From assembly GCA_965232605.1 (NCBI GenBank), contig CBDDQA010000006.1, forward strand, positions 510,548-574,547: DNA of 64,000 nucleotides, given 5' to 3'. The notes below the pieces were generated by a model. It was not told where the DNA came from. It did not search any database and saw only the letters and a program-made list of their open reading frames with translations. Positions 1 through 11,789 of this stretch are shown here, piece by piece. Within the stretch, counting starts at the first letter, position 1. The number at the start of each line of letters is the position of its first letter. This DNA is from an uncultured Candidatus Binatia bacterium. Its GTDB lineage: Bacteria; Desulfobacterota; Binatia; Bin18. A program made the translations under genes and the position numbers.

Positions 1-1
1 A

Positions 2-712
2 CTGAAGGAAGTTAATCACTACGTCGCCCTGCTTGCCGATGAGGTCGGCCTGTTCAAGGTCGGCAAGCAACTGTTCGTGCACGCCGGTCCCGAGGTGGTC
101 CGCCGCATTCACGCCAAGGGCGGGGCGGTCTTTCTCGACCTCAAATTCCACGACATTCCCCAGACCGTGGCTTCCGCCTCAGTGGAAGCCGCCCGTCTGG
201 GGGTCAAGATGTGCACCCTGCACGCCTCCGGCGGCAGCGATATGTTACGGCAGGCCCAGCGGGCAGTCCGCAGCGTGTGTCGCGCCGAACAGCTCGCCCG
301 GCCCACCCTTCTGGCGGTCACCGTGCTGACGAGTCTGGGCCGAGACGACCTCAAGCAGGTCGGAGTCAGGGCTGGTCCGGCGGCGCAGGTCGTTCGGCTC
401 GCCCGGCTTGCCCAGCAAGCCGGCATGAACGGTCTGGTCGCCTCTCCCCAGGAAATTGCCGCAATCCGTCGTGCCTGTGGAGACAAACTGACCCTGGTCA
501 TTCCAGGCGTTCGTCCGCAGGGCAGCACGGCCGACGATCAGAAACGGGTTCTCACCCCGCGCCAGGCCATGCAGGCCGGAGCAAATTATCTGGTTGTGGG
601 CAGACCCATTCGGGATGCCACAGACCCGCGCCAGGTCGCCCGCGACATTGTCGCAGACATGACACGGGGGCTGAGCGAACGACCTCAAGCAGGGGCACAT
701 TCGCGGCAATAG
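2..712 (+). CDS. pyrF: orotidine 5'-phosphate decarboxylase (5' end lies outside the window)
   Basis: Frame 2 is open from the window edge. The FLDLKFHDIPQTV and LTVLTS motifs are typical of OMP decarboxylase. Confidence 0.8.
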   Translation: MKEVNHYVALLADEVGLFKVGKQLFVHAGPEVVRRIHAKGGAVFLDLKFHDIPQTVASASVEAARLGVKMCTLHASGGSDMLRQAQRAVRSVCRAEQLARPTLLAVTVLTSLGRDDLKQVGVRAGPAAQVVRLARLAQQAGMNGLVASPQEIAAIRRACGDKLTLVIPGVRPQGSTADDQKRVLTPRQAMQAGANYLVVGRPIRDATDPRQVARDIVADMTRGLSERPQAGAHSRQ

Positions 713-782
713 GACGGAGAGGAAGGAAAGGGCAATCCGCGCGTCGCTCAACGGACAAGACGACGGACATGAGGGTATTCGT

Positions 783-2471
<1,689 letters not shown>

Positions 2472-2594
2472 CATCTTGTTCTTGTGCATTTTTGTTGCAG
2501 CAAAGAGGCCAATCTGATAAAAGATAACGAAAAGCCTTTCCGCCTTACACATACGGACTAAGGGGTTCCCACACGCATAACGAAGGAGGTCACT

Positions 2595-2828
2595 ATGCCG
2601 GCGAAGAAGAAAGCAGCCAAGAAAACCGTAAAGAAGGCGGCCAAGAAGGCCCCAGTCAAGAAAGCGGCTAAGAAGACCGTAAAGAAGGCAGCCAAGAAAG
2701 CTCCAGCCAAGAAAGCCCCGGCCAAGAAAGCCCCGGCCAAGAAAGCCCCGGCCAAGAAAGCCCCGGCCAAGAAAGCCCCGGCCAAGAAAGCCCCGGCCAA
2801 GAAGAGAGCGGCCAGAAAGAGAGCCTAG
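2595..2828 (+). CDS. Lys/Ala-rich histone H1-like nucleoid-associated protein (8x AKKAP repeats)
   Basis: A GAAGGAGG ribosome-binding site lies 6 nt upstream. The 77-aa low-complexity protein [18 protein letters not shown]...(AKKAP)n is followed by a terminator. Confidence 0.6.
   Translation: MPAKKKAAKKTVKKAAKKAPVKKAAKKTVKKAAKKAPAKKAPAKKAPAKKAPAKKAPAKKAPAKKAPAKKRAARKRA
2706..2800. repeat. perfect 15-bp tandem repeat gccaagaaagccccg, ~6.3 copies (coding, encodes AKKAP)
   Basis: Read directly from the sequence. Confidence 0.85.
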
Positions 2829-2873
2829 CGTCGCTCAGCGCGGCGAGAGACGAGGCGGAGGATTTCCAGGAAA

Positions 2874-2900
2874 AGGCCCCAAGCGGGCCTTTTCTCTTTT
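2874..2900 (+). terminator. rho-independent terminator (aggccc-caagc-gggcct then TTTCTCTTTT)
   Basis: GC stem followed by a T-run just downstream of the stop of the 2595..2828 gene. Confidence 0.6.
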
Positions 2901-2906
2901 GTACAT

Positions 2907-3728
2907 ATGAAACAGCAACTCGCCGCGTACACGGCTGAAGTGCTCTTCCCGGAACGCGAGAAATTTACCGCCCCGCTGCTCCTGCTGCCGGGTTTATGGA
3001 CAGGAAGCTGGATATGGCGGGAAGTCGCCTGGGGCCTTTCTCAGCGGGGTTGGTCGTGCTGGGCGCTTGATCGGTACGGGCAGCCCGCAGCCCGCCGGCG
3101 TGATCCTGTCTCTCTTGACGATCATCTCACGACCATTACCACAGCCAGCGCTACGTTCGATTGCCCACCCATTGTCATCGGTTTTGATCTGGGCAGTCTC
3201 CTCGCACTCCTCGCCGCCACCCGTCTGCAACCGCGCGCCCTCGTCTGCATCTCTCCCCTGCTGCCCTGCAACTGGCAAGCCGACCTGCGCCCGGCCCTGC
3301 CTCTGGTACGACTCGCCGCCCTGCCCGCACTCCTGTGGAATCGCGCCCATCCTCCTCCGTCTCGTCGGCTCGCCCGCGATTTTCTTTTTCACACGCTTCC
3401 GGCCGGGCTGCACAACGAGTTATACGCTCAGCTTGAGCCGGACTCCGGCAGAGTCGTCCGCACCCTCACCCGAGGTCAGACCGATTTTCCGGCCACTCCC
3501 CTGCCCTGTCCCAGTCTGGTTGTCTGGGGACAGGCAGACCGTATGGTGCCTGCTCCAACCGTACGTTGGCTCGCAGACGCTCTCCAGGCCGCCAGCCTGA
3601 GCTACCCGGACCAAGGCCACTGGCTGCTGGCCGGTCCACAGGCGGCGACCCTGGTCGGGGATGTTCATCGCTGGTTGATTCGCTCGCTGGGAGAAGCGCT
3701 GCTATTACCTCCGGAAGAAGACGAATAG
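2907..3728 (+). CDS. alpha/beta hydrolase fold protein
   Basis: LLLPGLWTGSW, a GFDLGS nucleophile-elbow-like motif, and the overall length and architecture of alpha/beta hydrolases. Confidence 0.55.
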   Translation: MKQQLAAYTAEVLFPEREKFTAPLLLLPGLWTGSWIWREVAWGLSQRGWSCWALDRYGQPAARRRDPVSLDDHLTTITTASATFDCPPIVIGFDLGSLLALLAATRLQPRALVCISPLLPCNWQADLRPALPLVRLAALPALLWNRAHPPPSRRLARDFLFHTLPAGLHNELYAQLEPDSGRVVRTLTRGQTDFPATPLPCPSLVVWGQADRMVPAPTVRWLADALQAASLSYPDQGHWLLAGPQAATLVGDVHRWLIRSLGEALLLPPEEDE

Positions 3729-3850
3729 GCATAGCCGTCGAACGCCCAGCCTGTCCGGTCTCTATCGTTCTCTCCCCTCCCTGGTATATTAAATGGGCAG
3801 TGAAAGAGAGGGCTCCAAAAAATCGGACACTGACCTGTGACCCGGCTGAT

Positions 3851-4774
3851 ATGAAACGTCTGTCCAGTCAAATCCTTCCAGTAGAGAAACCCATAGGAGA
3901 GGACGGGCTTGAAAACAGGGTCATCTGCGGCAACACGCTCGATGTTGTGCCATATTTACCGAATAACTTTGTTGACCTGCTCATCCTGGACCCGCCCTAT
4001 AATCTTTCCAAGAACTACAATGGCGCTCCGTTTCAGGAGAGAGGGAAGCAAGAATATCAGAGATGGTTTCAGCGTGTCCTCGAAGTCTTAAAACCGACCC
4101 TGAAATCGAATGCAACCGTGTATGTATGCGCGGACTGGAAGACTTCTGTTCTGATAGCACCTCTCCTTGAATCCCAACTTCGGATTCGCAATCGCATTAC
4201 GTGGGAGAGGGAAAAAGGGCGTGGAGCGAGGACAAACTGGAAAAACAACACGGAAGATATATGGTTCGGCACCGTATCGGACTCGTATTATTTTAATGTT
4301 GACGCCGTTAAGCTCAAACGTAAGGTAATTGCCCCCTATACCGTGGACGGCAAGCCAAAAGACTGGCAGCCAGAAGAGCATGGCAACTATCGCCTGACTC
4401 ACCCATCAAACATCTGGACGGACCTCACTGTACCGTTTTGGTCCATGTCCGAGAACACAGACCATCCGACTCAGAAGCCCGAGAAACTGCTCGCTAAGCT
4501 TATTCTTGCCAGCTCAAGAGAGTACGATTTCATTCTTGATCCCTTTCTTGGCAGCGGAACGACAGCGGTTGTTGCGCGAAAATTGGGCCGCCGTTTTTGC
4601 GGTATAGAGCTTAGCCGAGAATACTGCTGTTGGGCGCTGAAGCGCCTCGAACGCGCGGCTGATGACCCGACTATTCAGGGATATGCGGGAGGGGTCTTCT
4701 GGGAAAGAAATTCACTGAGCGATCAGTCGAAAGCGGGCGCGTCTCGGATACTGCAGAAAGAGCTTTTCTTATGA
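3851..4774 (+). CDS. DNA methyltransferase (N6-adenine/N4-cytosine, beta-class: motif IV DPPY precedes motif I FLGSGTT)
   Basis: LILDPPYNL, TQKPEKLL and DPFLGSGTT motifs. ATG at 3851. Markedly lower GC than the flanks. Overlaps the downstream gene by ATGA. Confidence 0.8.
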   Translation: MKRLSSQILPVEKPIGEDGLENRVICGNTLDVVPYLPNNFVDLLILDPPYNLSKNYNGAPFQERGKQEYQRWFQRVLEVLKPTLKSNATVYVCADWKTSVLIAPLLESQLRIRNRITWEREKGRGARTNWKNNTEDIWFGTVSDSYYFNVDAVKLKRKVIAPYTVDGKPKDWQPEEHGNYRLTHPSNIWTDLTVPFWSMSENTDHPTQKPEKLLAKLILASSREYDFILDPFLGSGTTAVVARKLGRRFCGIELSREYCCWALKRLERAADDPTIQGYAGGVFWERNSLSDQSKAGASRILQKELFL

Positions 4775-5214
4775 AGTCAGCATTCTACTATGGTGATGAT
4801 TATCTGAGAGTTGCCGAGAAGATAAAGGACTATATCAACACGTCTTCAGACTTTCCTTCCCCGCAAACCGCTCGTAGTACCCGTGCCGTGGGCGATGCTC
4901 TTGAGACTTTAATATCAGAGCAATTCGATTCCTTTCTCGGCGATTGGTGTATCGAATATTCAAACGATTTTGCACGCCGCGCAATGGCGGACCTCGCATT
5001 CACCGACAGAGAGGGATTCTATTCGGTCATTGATGTTAAGACACACCGGGCCGATACAAGATTCAATATGCCCAATCTTACTTCTGTTGAACGACTGGCG
5101 AGGTTCTACGAATCGGATGCCAGTATATTTTCCCTGATACTGATCAAATATGACATTGAAGGCACGAAGGTTATTGCAAATGAAGTCATATTCACACCGA
5201 AACATGCGGCCTGA
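4771..5214 (+). CDS. putative small Type II restriction endonuclease (PD-(D/E)xK-like: FTD...VIDVK)
   Basis: 147-aa low-GC ORF translationally coupled to the methyltransferase. Carries a D-x(n)-IDVK motif. Confidence 0.5.
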   Translation: MKSAFYYGDDYLRVAEKIKDYINTSSDFPSPQTARSTRAVGDALETLISEQFDSFLGDWCIEYSNDFARRAMADLAFTDREGFYSVIDVKTHRADTRFNMPNLTSVERLARFYESDASIFSLILIKYDIEGTKVIANEVIFTPKHAA

Positions 5215-5229
5215 ACGCCGTCAGGATAT

Positions 5230-7236
<2,007 letters not shown>

Positions 7237-7271
7237 ACCCGGAACGAGACTCTGGAAAAGGGAGAGACAGT

Positions 7272-8255
7272 ATGCGCATAGGATTGGGCCTGCCGCCGAC
7301 CGGACATCATTTCGAGGTGTATCAGCAGGTCGCGCGCAAGGCCGAGGAACGCGGCTTCGAGAGCCTGTGGGTCGGCGAGGCCTGGGGCACGGAGACGAGT
7401 ACACTGGTGGCCGCCTTTCTGGCCGCCACGCAGCGCATTCATGTCGGTACGGGTATTATCTCGCTCTACCTCCGCCCGCCAACGCTCACCGCCATGCAGG
7501 CCGCCAGCATGGACCTGGTCGCACCGGGCCGGGCGCGCTTGGGCCTCGGCGTGAGCACGCGCAATATCAACACCTTTCACGGTATTGCCTGGGACCGGCC
7601 CGTGGCCCGCACGCGCGAGTATGTGGATATTGTCCGTCGCGTGCTGGCCGGCGAGCGGGTCACGCGCAGCGACGGGTTTTATCGACCCCAGGGCTTTCGC
7701 CTCAGCCTGCGCCTGTCGGGGGCTATGCCGATCTATCTGGCGGCCGTGAACCCGCGCATGCTCCAGTTAGCCGGAGAGGTCGCGGACGGCGTGCTGCTGG
7801 CCTGGCTGCCGGCACGACAGATTCCCCATTCGCTGGCCGAGATTGCAAAGGGGGCAGAGCGTGTCGGGCGCAGTCTGAGCGATATTGATATCGGCTGCTA
7901 TGTGCATACGCTGGTCAGACAGGACCGGGAGCAGGCCCTGCGGCAACTGCGCCACGTGTTGGTGGGCTACTGTCAGGCCAACACGTATATCCAGGGTTTC
8001 CGCCGCTTTGGCTATAGCGATATTCTGGATGAGGTGCATGACCGCTGGCAGGCCGGCGACCGCAAGGGAGCGGAAGAGTCCATTCCGGATTCCATGGTCG
8101 AAGAGTTGTTTATCTTCGGTCCGCCCGAAGACTGCCGTACTCAACTCGGTCATTTTACCGACGCCGGCGTGCAGCACCCCATCGTCGCCTCACCGCCGAC
8201 GAGCCAGATCACCAGGAAAGACCTGCATACCCTGGTTGAGACGTTCGGGCAGTGA
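7272..8255 (+). CDS. LLM-class (luciferase-like) F420/flavin-dependent oxidoreductase
   Basis: MRIGLGLP...FESLWVGEAWG...LGLGVS. GGAGAG ribosome-binding site. Confidence 0.75.
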   Translation: MRIGLGLPPTGHHFEVYQQVARKAEERGFESLWVGEAWGTETSTLVAAFLAATQRIHVGTGIISLYLRPPTLTAMQAASMDLVAPGRARLGLGVSTRNINTFHGIAWDRPVARTREYVDIVRRVLAGERVTRSDGFYRPQGFRLSLRLSGAMPIYLAAVNPRMLQLAGEVADGVLLAWLPARQIPHSLAEIAKGAERVGRSLSDIDIGCYVHTLVRQDREQALRQLRHVLVGYCQANTYIQGFRRFGYSDILDEVHDRWQAGDRKGAEESIPDSMVEELFIFGPPEDCRTQLGHFTDAGVQHPIVASPPTSQITRKDLHTLVETFGQ

Positions 8256-8266
8256 GGGGGGAACAA

Positions 8267-8476
8267 ATGAAATCTATCCGTTGGACTCTCCACGCGCTCC
8301 AGAATTTAACCGCTCGCGAGATTGACCAAGAGGAAGTCAACCAGGCATTGGATCAGCCTACCGCTATCGCACCGGGCCAGATACCTCGTTCGATTTATAT
8401 GCGTCGTTACTTCGACAAAGTATTACAACAGGATATGTTGCTTCGTGTCGTTGTTGAGGAAACAATAGGAGAGTAA
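8267..8476 (+). CDS. DUF4258-family protein (putative toxin); likely C-terminally frameshifted
   Basis: IRWTLHALQNLTAREIDQEEV...LLRVVVEE matches the DUF4258 pattern. The +1 frame continues as ESKVVVSVYKT, which matches the family C-terminus. Confidence 0.45.
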   Translation: MKSIRWTLHALQNLTAREIDQEEVNQALDQPTAIAPGQIPRSIYMRRYFDKVLQQDMLLRVVVEETIGE

Positions 8477-8536
8477 GGTTGTCGTGTCTGTGTATAAAAC
8501 GTCCCAGATCACGCGATACCTGAAAGGACCTGCCTC

Positions 8537-8734
8537 ATGAGAGTTAATTATGACAAAGAGACCGACTCCTTGGTCATGACGCTTCGAGATGATCGCATCA
8601 AGGAGAGTGACGAGGTTCGTCCCGGGGTCATCGCCGACTTTGGTTACGATGGAGGAATCGTCCGCTTTGAGATCATGCAGGCTTCCCGGGTCGTAGGCAA
8701 TACAGAAGAAATGCAATTCGAGGTCAGTGAGTAA
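8537..8734 (+). CDS. DUF2283-family protein (putative antitoxin partner of DUF4258)
   Basis: MRVNYDKETDSLVMTL...GGIVRFEI fits the DUF2283 consensus (MKxTYDxEaDaLyi...GxivGiEi). Confidence 0.6.
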   Translation: MRVNYDKETDSLVMTLRDDRIKESDEVRPGVIADFGYDGGIVRFEIMQASRVVGNTEEMQFEVSE

Positions 8735-9037
8735 GCTCTCTTTTTCCAAGTCGCTCGGATGTGCTCCCCGCCCCATCCGCCTAGCATCACCCCCTGTCCC
8801 CCAAATGCCTGACACGCTCCGGGCTACAAATGTATTCATCCAGTCAGCGAGGGGGTAACAACTTGAGGAGTCATCCATTACCAAGAGTTGGCTATCAGAA
8901 ACAGAGCGGAAAACTATTCTGGACTGGTTTGGCTTTCCCAAGGAGAGCGCTGCTATGGAAGAGGAGAGTCCTGGGGTATTCAAAAGAGACAGAGTAAGAG
9001 CAAAGGACGATTCTGTGTCGCCACCCGTCACTCCTGC

Positions 9038-9150
9038 CCAAGCAGGGATCCAGGCCCCCCGCCCTCTCCGGCCTCTGGAGGCCGGATCACGTCCGGCATG
9101 ACGGAAGTTCCCGTTATGGCCAGAGTCGTGCAAGAGGCGCTCCACCTCTA
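9038..9150. repeat. ~110-bp interspersed repeat element, copy 1 (MITE/REP-like or small RNA)
   Basis: About 75% identical to 45622..45735, with the shared core gatcacgtccggcatgacg. The CAAG-loop hairpin ctgc-ccaa-gcag is ccggc-gcaa-gccgg in copy 2, a compensatory change. Confidence 0.5.
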
Positions 9151-9558
9151 AAGAAAGGCTCCAGGACCAATCTTAAAAAAATCTCCCAGCTTTTTCGCCT
9201 GTGACCTGCTGATAGCTCGCTTCCCCTTGAGTACCGCTGAGGCTATGTCCTGAGAGCCGAAGAGTTGCCAGATGTCCTGATGGCCGAGACCGTTATCATC
9301 CATGAGAGAGCGTAGCATCTCATGCGGTGGCAGGTCTTTGACCGGATAGTGTTCCTCATCATACTGCTGAATCAGATCACTGAGGAGGTCTACAAGCCGC
9401 TCTTCTTCGGGCGAAAGGCCCTCTTCGTCCCGGTCAACAAGTTCACGGATAATGGCGTTCAGGCGGTCGTACTCGGCCTCTGTCCGAATCTTCACCGGAA
9501 GCGCCTTGGAAAGCAGGCGCGCATACTCTTGTTCGTTAAAAGTCGAGAGCGTGCTCAT
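9148..9558 (-). CDS. higA: HigA-type antitoxin (XRE-family HTH)
   Basis: Lies downstream of and overlaps a RelE/HigB-like toxin gene by 4 bp (toxin-first higBA order). C-terminal HTH region RAISRSQAKKLGDFF. Confidence 0.65.
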   Translation of the reverse strand: MSTLSTFNEQEYARLLSKALPVKIRTEAEYDRLNAIIRELVDRDEEGLSPEEERLVDLLSDLIQQYDEEHYPVKDLPPHEMLRSLMDDNGLGHQDIWQLFGSQDIASAVLKGKRAISRSQAKKLGDFFKIGPGAFL

Positions 9559-9839
9559 TTCCAGTCCCCCTTGTCATAGTCTTGGTGCGTCAGGATATGC
9601 AGAATATAGACTCGTTGCGTTCGGTAGTTGATTCGTGCAATCAGCCGATAGGTATTCCCTGCGATATTAAAGACTGTACGCCGGCCCACGAGATCTGCGT
9701 GTCGAAAGGTACGTCGCGTATCCGCTAAAGTTGCCCAAGTGGCGTGGCGTGTCTTCCGATACCAGTCTTCAAGGGCGGCTGTCGCGTCTGGATGCAATCG
9801 AACGAAGTCTCGAAGCGCCTTACGACTGATGACTTTCAC
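9555..9839 (-). CDS. higB: HigB-type toxin (RelE/ParE superfamily mRNA interferase)
   Basis: 94-aa protein MKVISRKALRDF...TYRLIARINYRTQRVYILHILTHQDYDK, typical of HigB. Confidence 0.65.
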   Translation of the reverse strand: MKVISRKALRDFVRLHPDATAALEDWYRKTRHATWATLADTRRTFRHADLVGRRTVFNIAGNTYRLIARINYRTQRVYILHILTHQDYDKGDWK

Positions 9840-9920
9840 TGCGTGTCATCTTCTCAATTGAGTGAGAAAAGGGCAATCCTTTTGATAGACAAGGACGATC
9901 ACCAAGGTCGCCCCGCCACA

Positions 9921-10916
9921 TCACCCGACCAGCTTCGCCAAAAGCCGTCCATACTCCCTATTATTCTCTGCCTGCACATTGACGTGATGCAGGTCCACCC
10001 CGCACTCTGCCTGGGCTTGCAGGCGGTCGAGGCCGGCTTCCACTGACCCCACGCAGCCGGTTGCATCGACCAACTGAGCCGGCACGGCCTCACCGGCGGC
10101 GCGTGAGCCACCGGCCCAGGCTTCCTTGACGGTCTCAACCGCTTCCCCATAGCCCAGCCGGGTAAGCTGGGCGGCGTAGAACGTCCCCATACGGCCAATG
10201 TAAAAGGCCAGCATAGCGGCTGAGGCGGCGCGGGCTTTATCAACCTGTGAAGTCACCGTGATGCTGCCGGGCGAACGAACGGCGACCGCATTGGCCGGCC
10301 GACCGGCGGCCACGCTGGCCTGGCGCAGATTGTCAATCTCGCTCTTGAGCTGCTCAAGGGGAATCATGATCGGCAGCCAGCCGTCTGCCAACTCCGCGGT
10401 CATTTTCACGCTCCTGGCATTCAGCGTTGCCAGATAAATCGGAATGTGATCGCGAACGGGCTGGAAGCGCAACGTAAAGCCGCGTTGCAGGTCGAACACC
10501 TTGCCCGAGTATGTGAGCGGCTCGCCTTTCATCAGGGTGTTGATGATCTCCACATACTCACGCATGCGCTGGAGGGGCGGCTGGAACGCGACCCCGTGAA
10601 AGTGCTCAATCACCTGCGGGCCGCTCGTCCCCAGGCCGAGCAGCATGCGCCCCCCAGAGACCTCGTCCAGGGTGGCAAAATGCTGGGCCAGCGCGGCCGG
10701 CGTGCGTGAGTAGGTATTCACAATCGCCGTACCGAGATTGATACGCTGCGTCTTGTCGGCCAGCAGGGTCAGAATGGTGAACGCATCCCGCCCCCAGGCT
10801 TCCGGCACCCAGGCCGAATGCACCCCGGCCGCCTCCGCGATTTGCACCTTTTCACACAGCGCCCGGTAGTCGAGCTGGCCCTGCCAATCGATACCAATGG
10901 AAATTTTATAGGCCAT
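9921..10916 (-). CDS. LLM-class F420/flavin-dependent oxidoreductase
   Basis: MAYKISIGIDWQ...AWVPEAWGRDAF. Start taken at the ATG at 10916. Confidence 0.75.
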   Translation of the reverse strand: MAYKISIGIDWQGQLDYRALCEKVQIAEAAGVHSAWVPEAWGRDAFTILTLLADKTQRINLGTAIVNTYSRTPAALAQHFATLDEVSGGRMLLGLGTSGPQVIEHFHGVAFQPPLQRMREYVEIINTLMKGEPLTYSGKVFDLQRGFTLRFQPVRDHIPIYLATLNARSVKMTAELADGWLPIMIPLEQLKSEIDNLRQASVAAGRPANAVAVRSPGSITVTSQVDKARAASAAMLAFYIGRMGTFYAAQLTRLGYGEAVETVKEAWAGGSRAAGEAVPAQLVDATGCVGSVEAGLDRLQAQAECGVDLHHVNVQAENNREYGRLLAKLVG

Positions 10917-11171
10917 TTTTCCGTGTCCTTTCCTGCTCTCTGTTCGGTCGTGCGACTGTAGCACGTCCCCTGTTGAGCGTCAGCGTGTGCCGTGTCTGTT
11001 CTGCTCGGACGGTGCTTGACAACCGCGCGCCTCTATCAGCCTGGTTGGCGCGCTCTGTTCGACGCCCTTTATCGTCGCAGCCCTGGTACTCGATAATACC
11101 ACGCTGGCGTTATTCAGCTTCTTCCCGGCGAATATCTTTGGCACGATGTGGATCGGCTGATTTTCGATGAG

Positions 11172-11774
11172 CTACATCTGCACGGAAACGGCGTAATAGC
11201 CCCGCTCGGTAGGGGCGGAAAAATATTTCGCCAGCCGGGATAAGACCCGAGGAAAAATCTCATTCTCCCGATCGGCGGCCTGCAGCTGTTCTTTGCTGGT
11301 CCAAAAGCTCAGCCCCCGTCCGCTGCCGTGCGAGCGGTTGGCCAGCCACATCACGCCCTGAAAGCCGGGCTGCTGCCTGAGCACAGGCAAATATTCTTGC
11401 TCATAAATGGCTCGCGCCGGGTCAAGCTGTTCTCCGGGAACGGGCAGGGTAATCATCCGGGCGAACAGCCCGCCAATATGTTGGCCGGCCCGGACCAGGA
11501 CTTCGTAGTGTTCCGGCTGGGGGTGGGTAGTCAGAAACGGCAACAACATGGCGGCAACCGCCTTCCGGCTCTTCAGTTCGGAGCGGGCCAACGCGGTTGC
11601 GGAGTTCCACAAGGTGACGATGAAGCCCGTATGAACCTCCGGGTCGGACAACACCAGGGTTCCATTGAAGCCGGACTCCTGGACTAGGGGAGGCATCACC
11701 GCACTCCGGTAGACGGACAGAAAGTCTGTCAGGAGTCCGGGTCTGCATTGGATGGGAATAACCCGCGCATACAT
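11172..11774 (-). CDS. hypothetical protein, possible tandem ABM/dimeric alpha-beta-barrel domains
   Basis: Weak. An internal duplication pattern is suggested only by composition; no catalytic motif was identified. Confidence 0.35.
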   Translation of the reverse strand: MYARVIPIQCRPGLLTDFLSVYRSAVMPPLVQESGFNGTLVLSDPEVHTGFIVTLWNSATALARSELKSRKAVAAMLLPFLTTHPQPEHYEVLVRAGQHIGGLFARMITLPVPGEQLDPARAIYEQEYLPVLRQQPGFQGVMWLANRSHGSGRGLSFWTSKEQLQAADRENEIFPRVLSRLAKYFSAPTERGYYAVSVQM

Positions 11775-11789
11775 GGGAAGCTGTCCCTT

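Noticed and set aside
2558-2800. Minus-strand [18 protein letters not shown]... (80 aa)
   Set aside because: It is the antisense reading of the 15-bp tandem repeat. The plus-strand AKKAP gene has a ribosome-binding site, promoter and terminator.
2706-2800. Possible CRISPR array from regular 15-bp repeats
   Set aside because: The repeats are contiguous with no spacers, in-frame and coding (AKKAP). There are no cas genes.
3566-3850. Long N-terminal extension of the methyltransferase ORF (MARRRSPGRQ...)
   Set aside because: It overlaps the 3' end of the alpha/beta hydrolase gene at high GC. The conserved methyltransferase begins at the ATG at 3851, where GC drops.
8423-9145. 240-aa minus-strand ORF across the 8.7-9.1 kb gap
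   Set aside because: Arg/Gly-rich composition of no known type. It spans the non-coding repeat element and overlaps the DUF2283 gene antisense.
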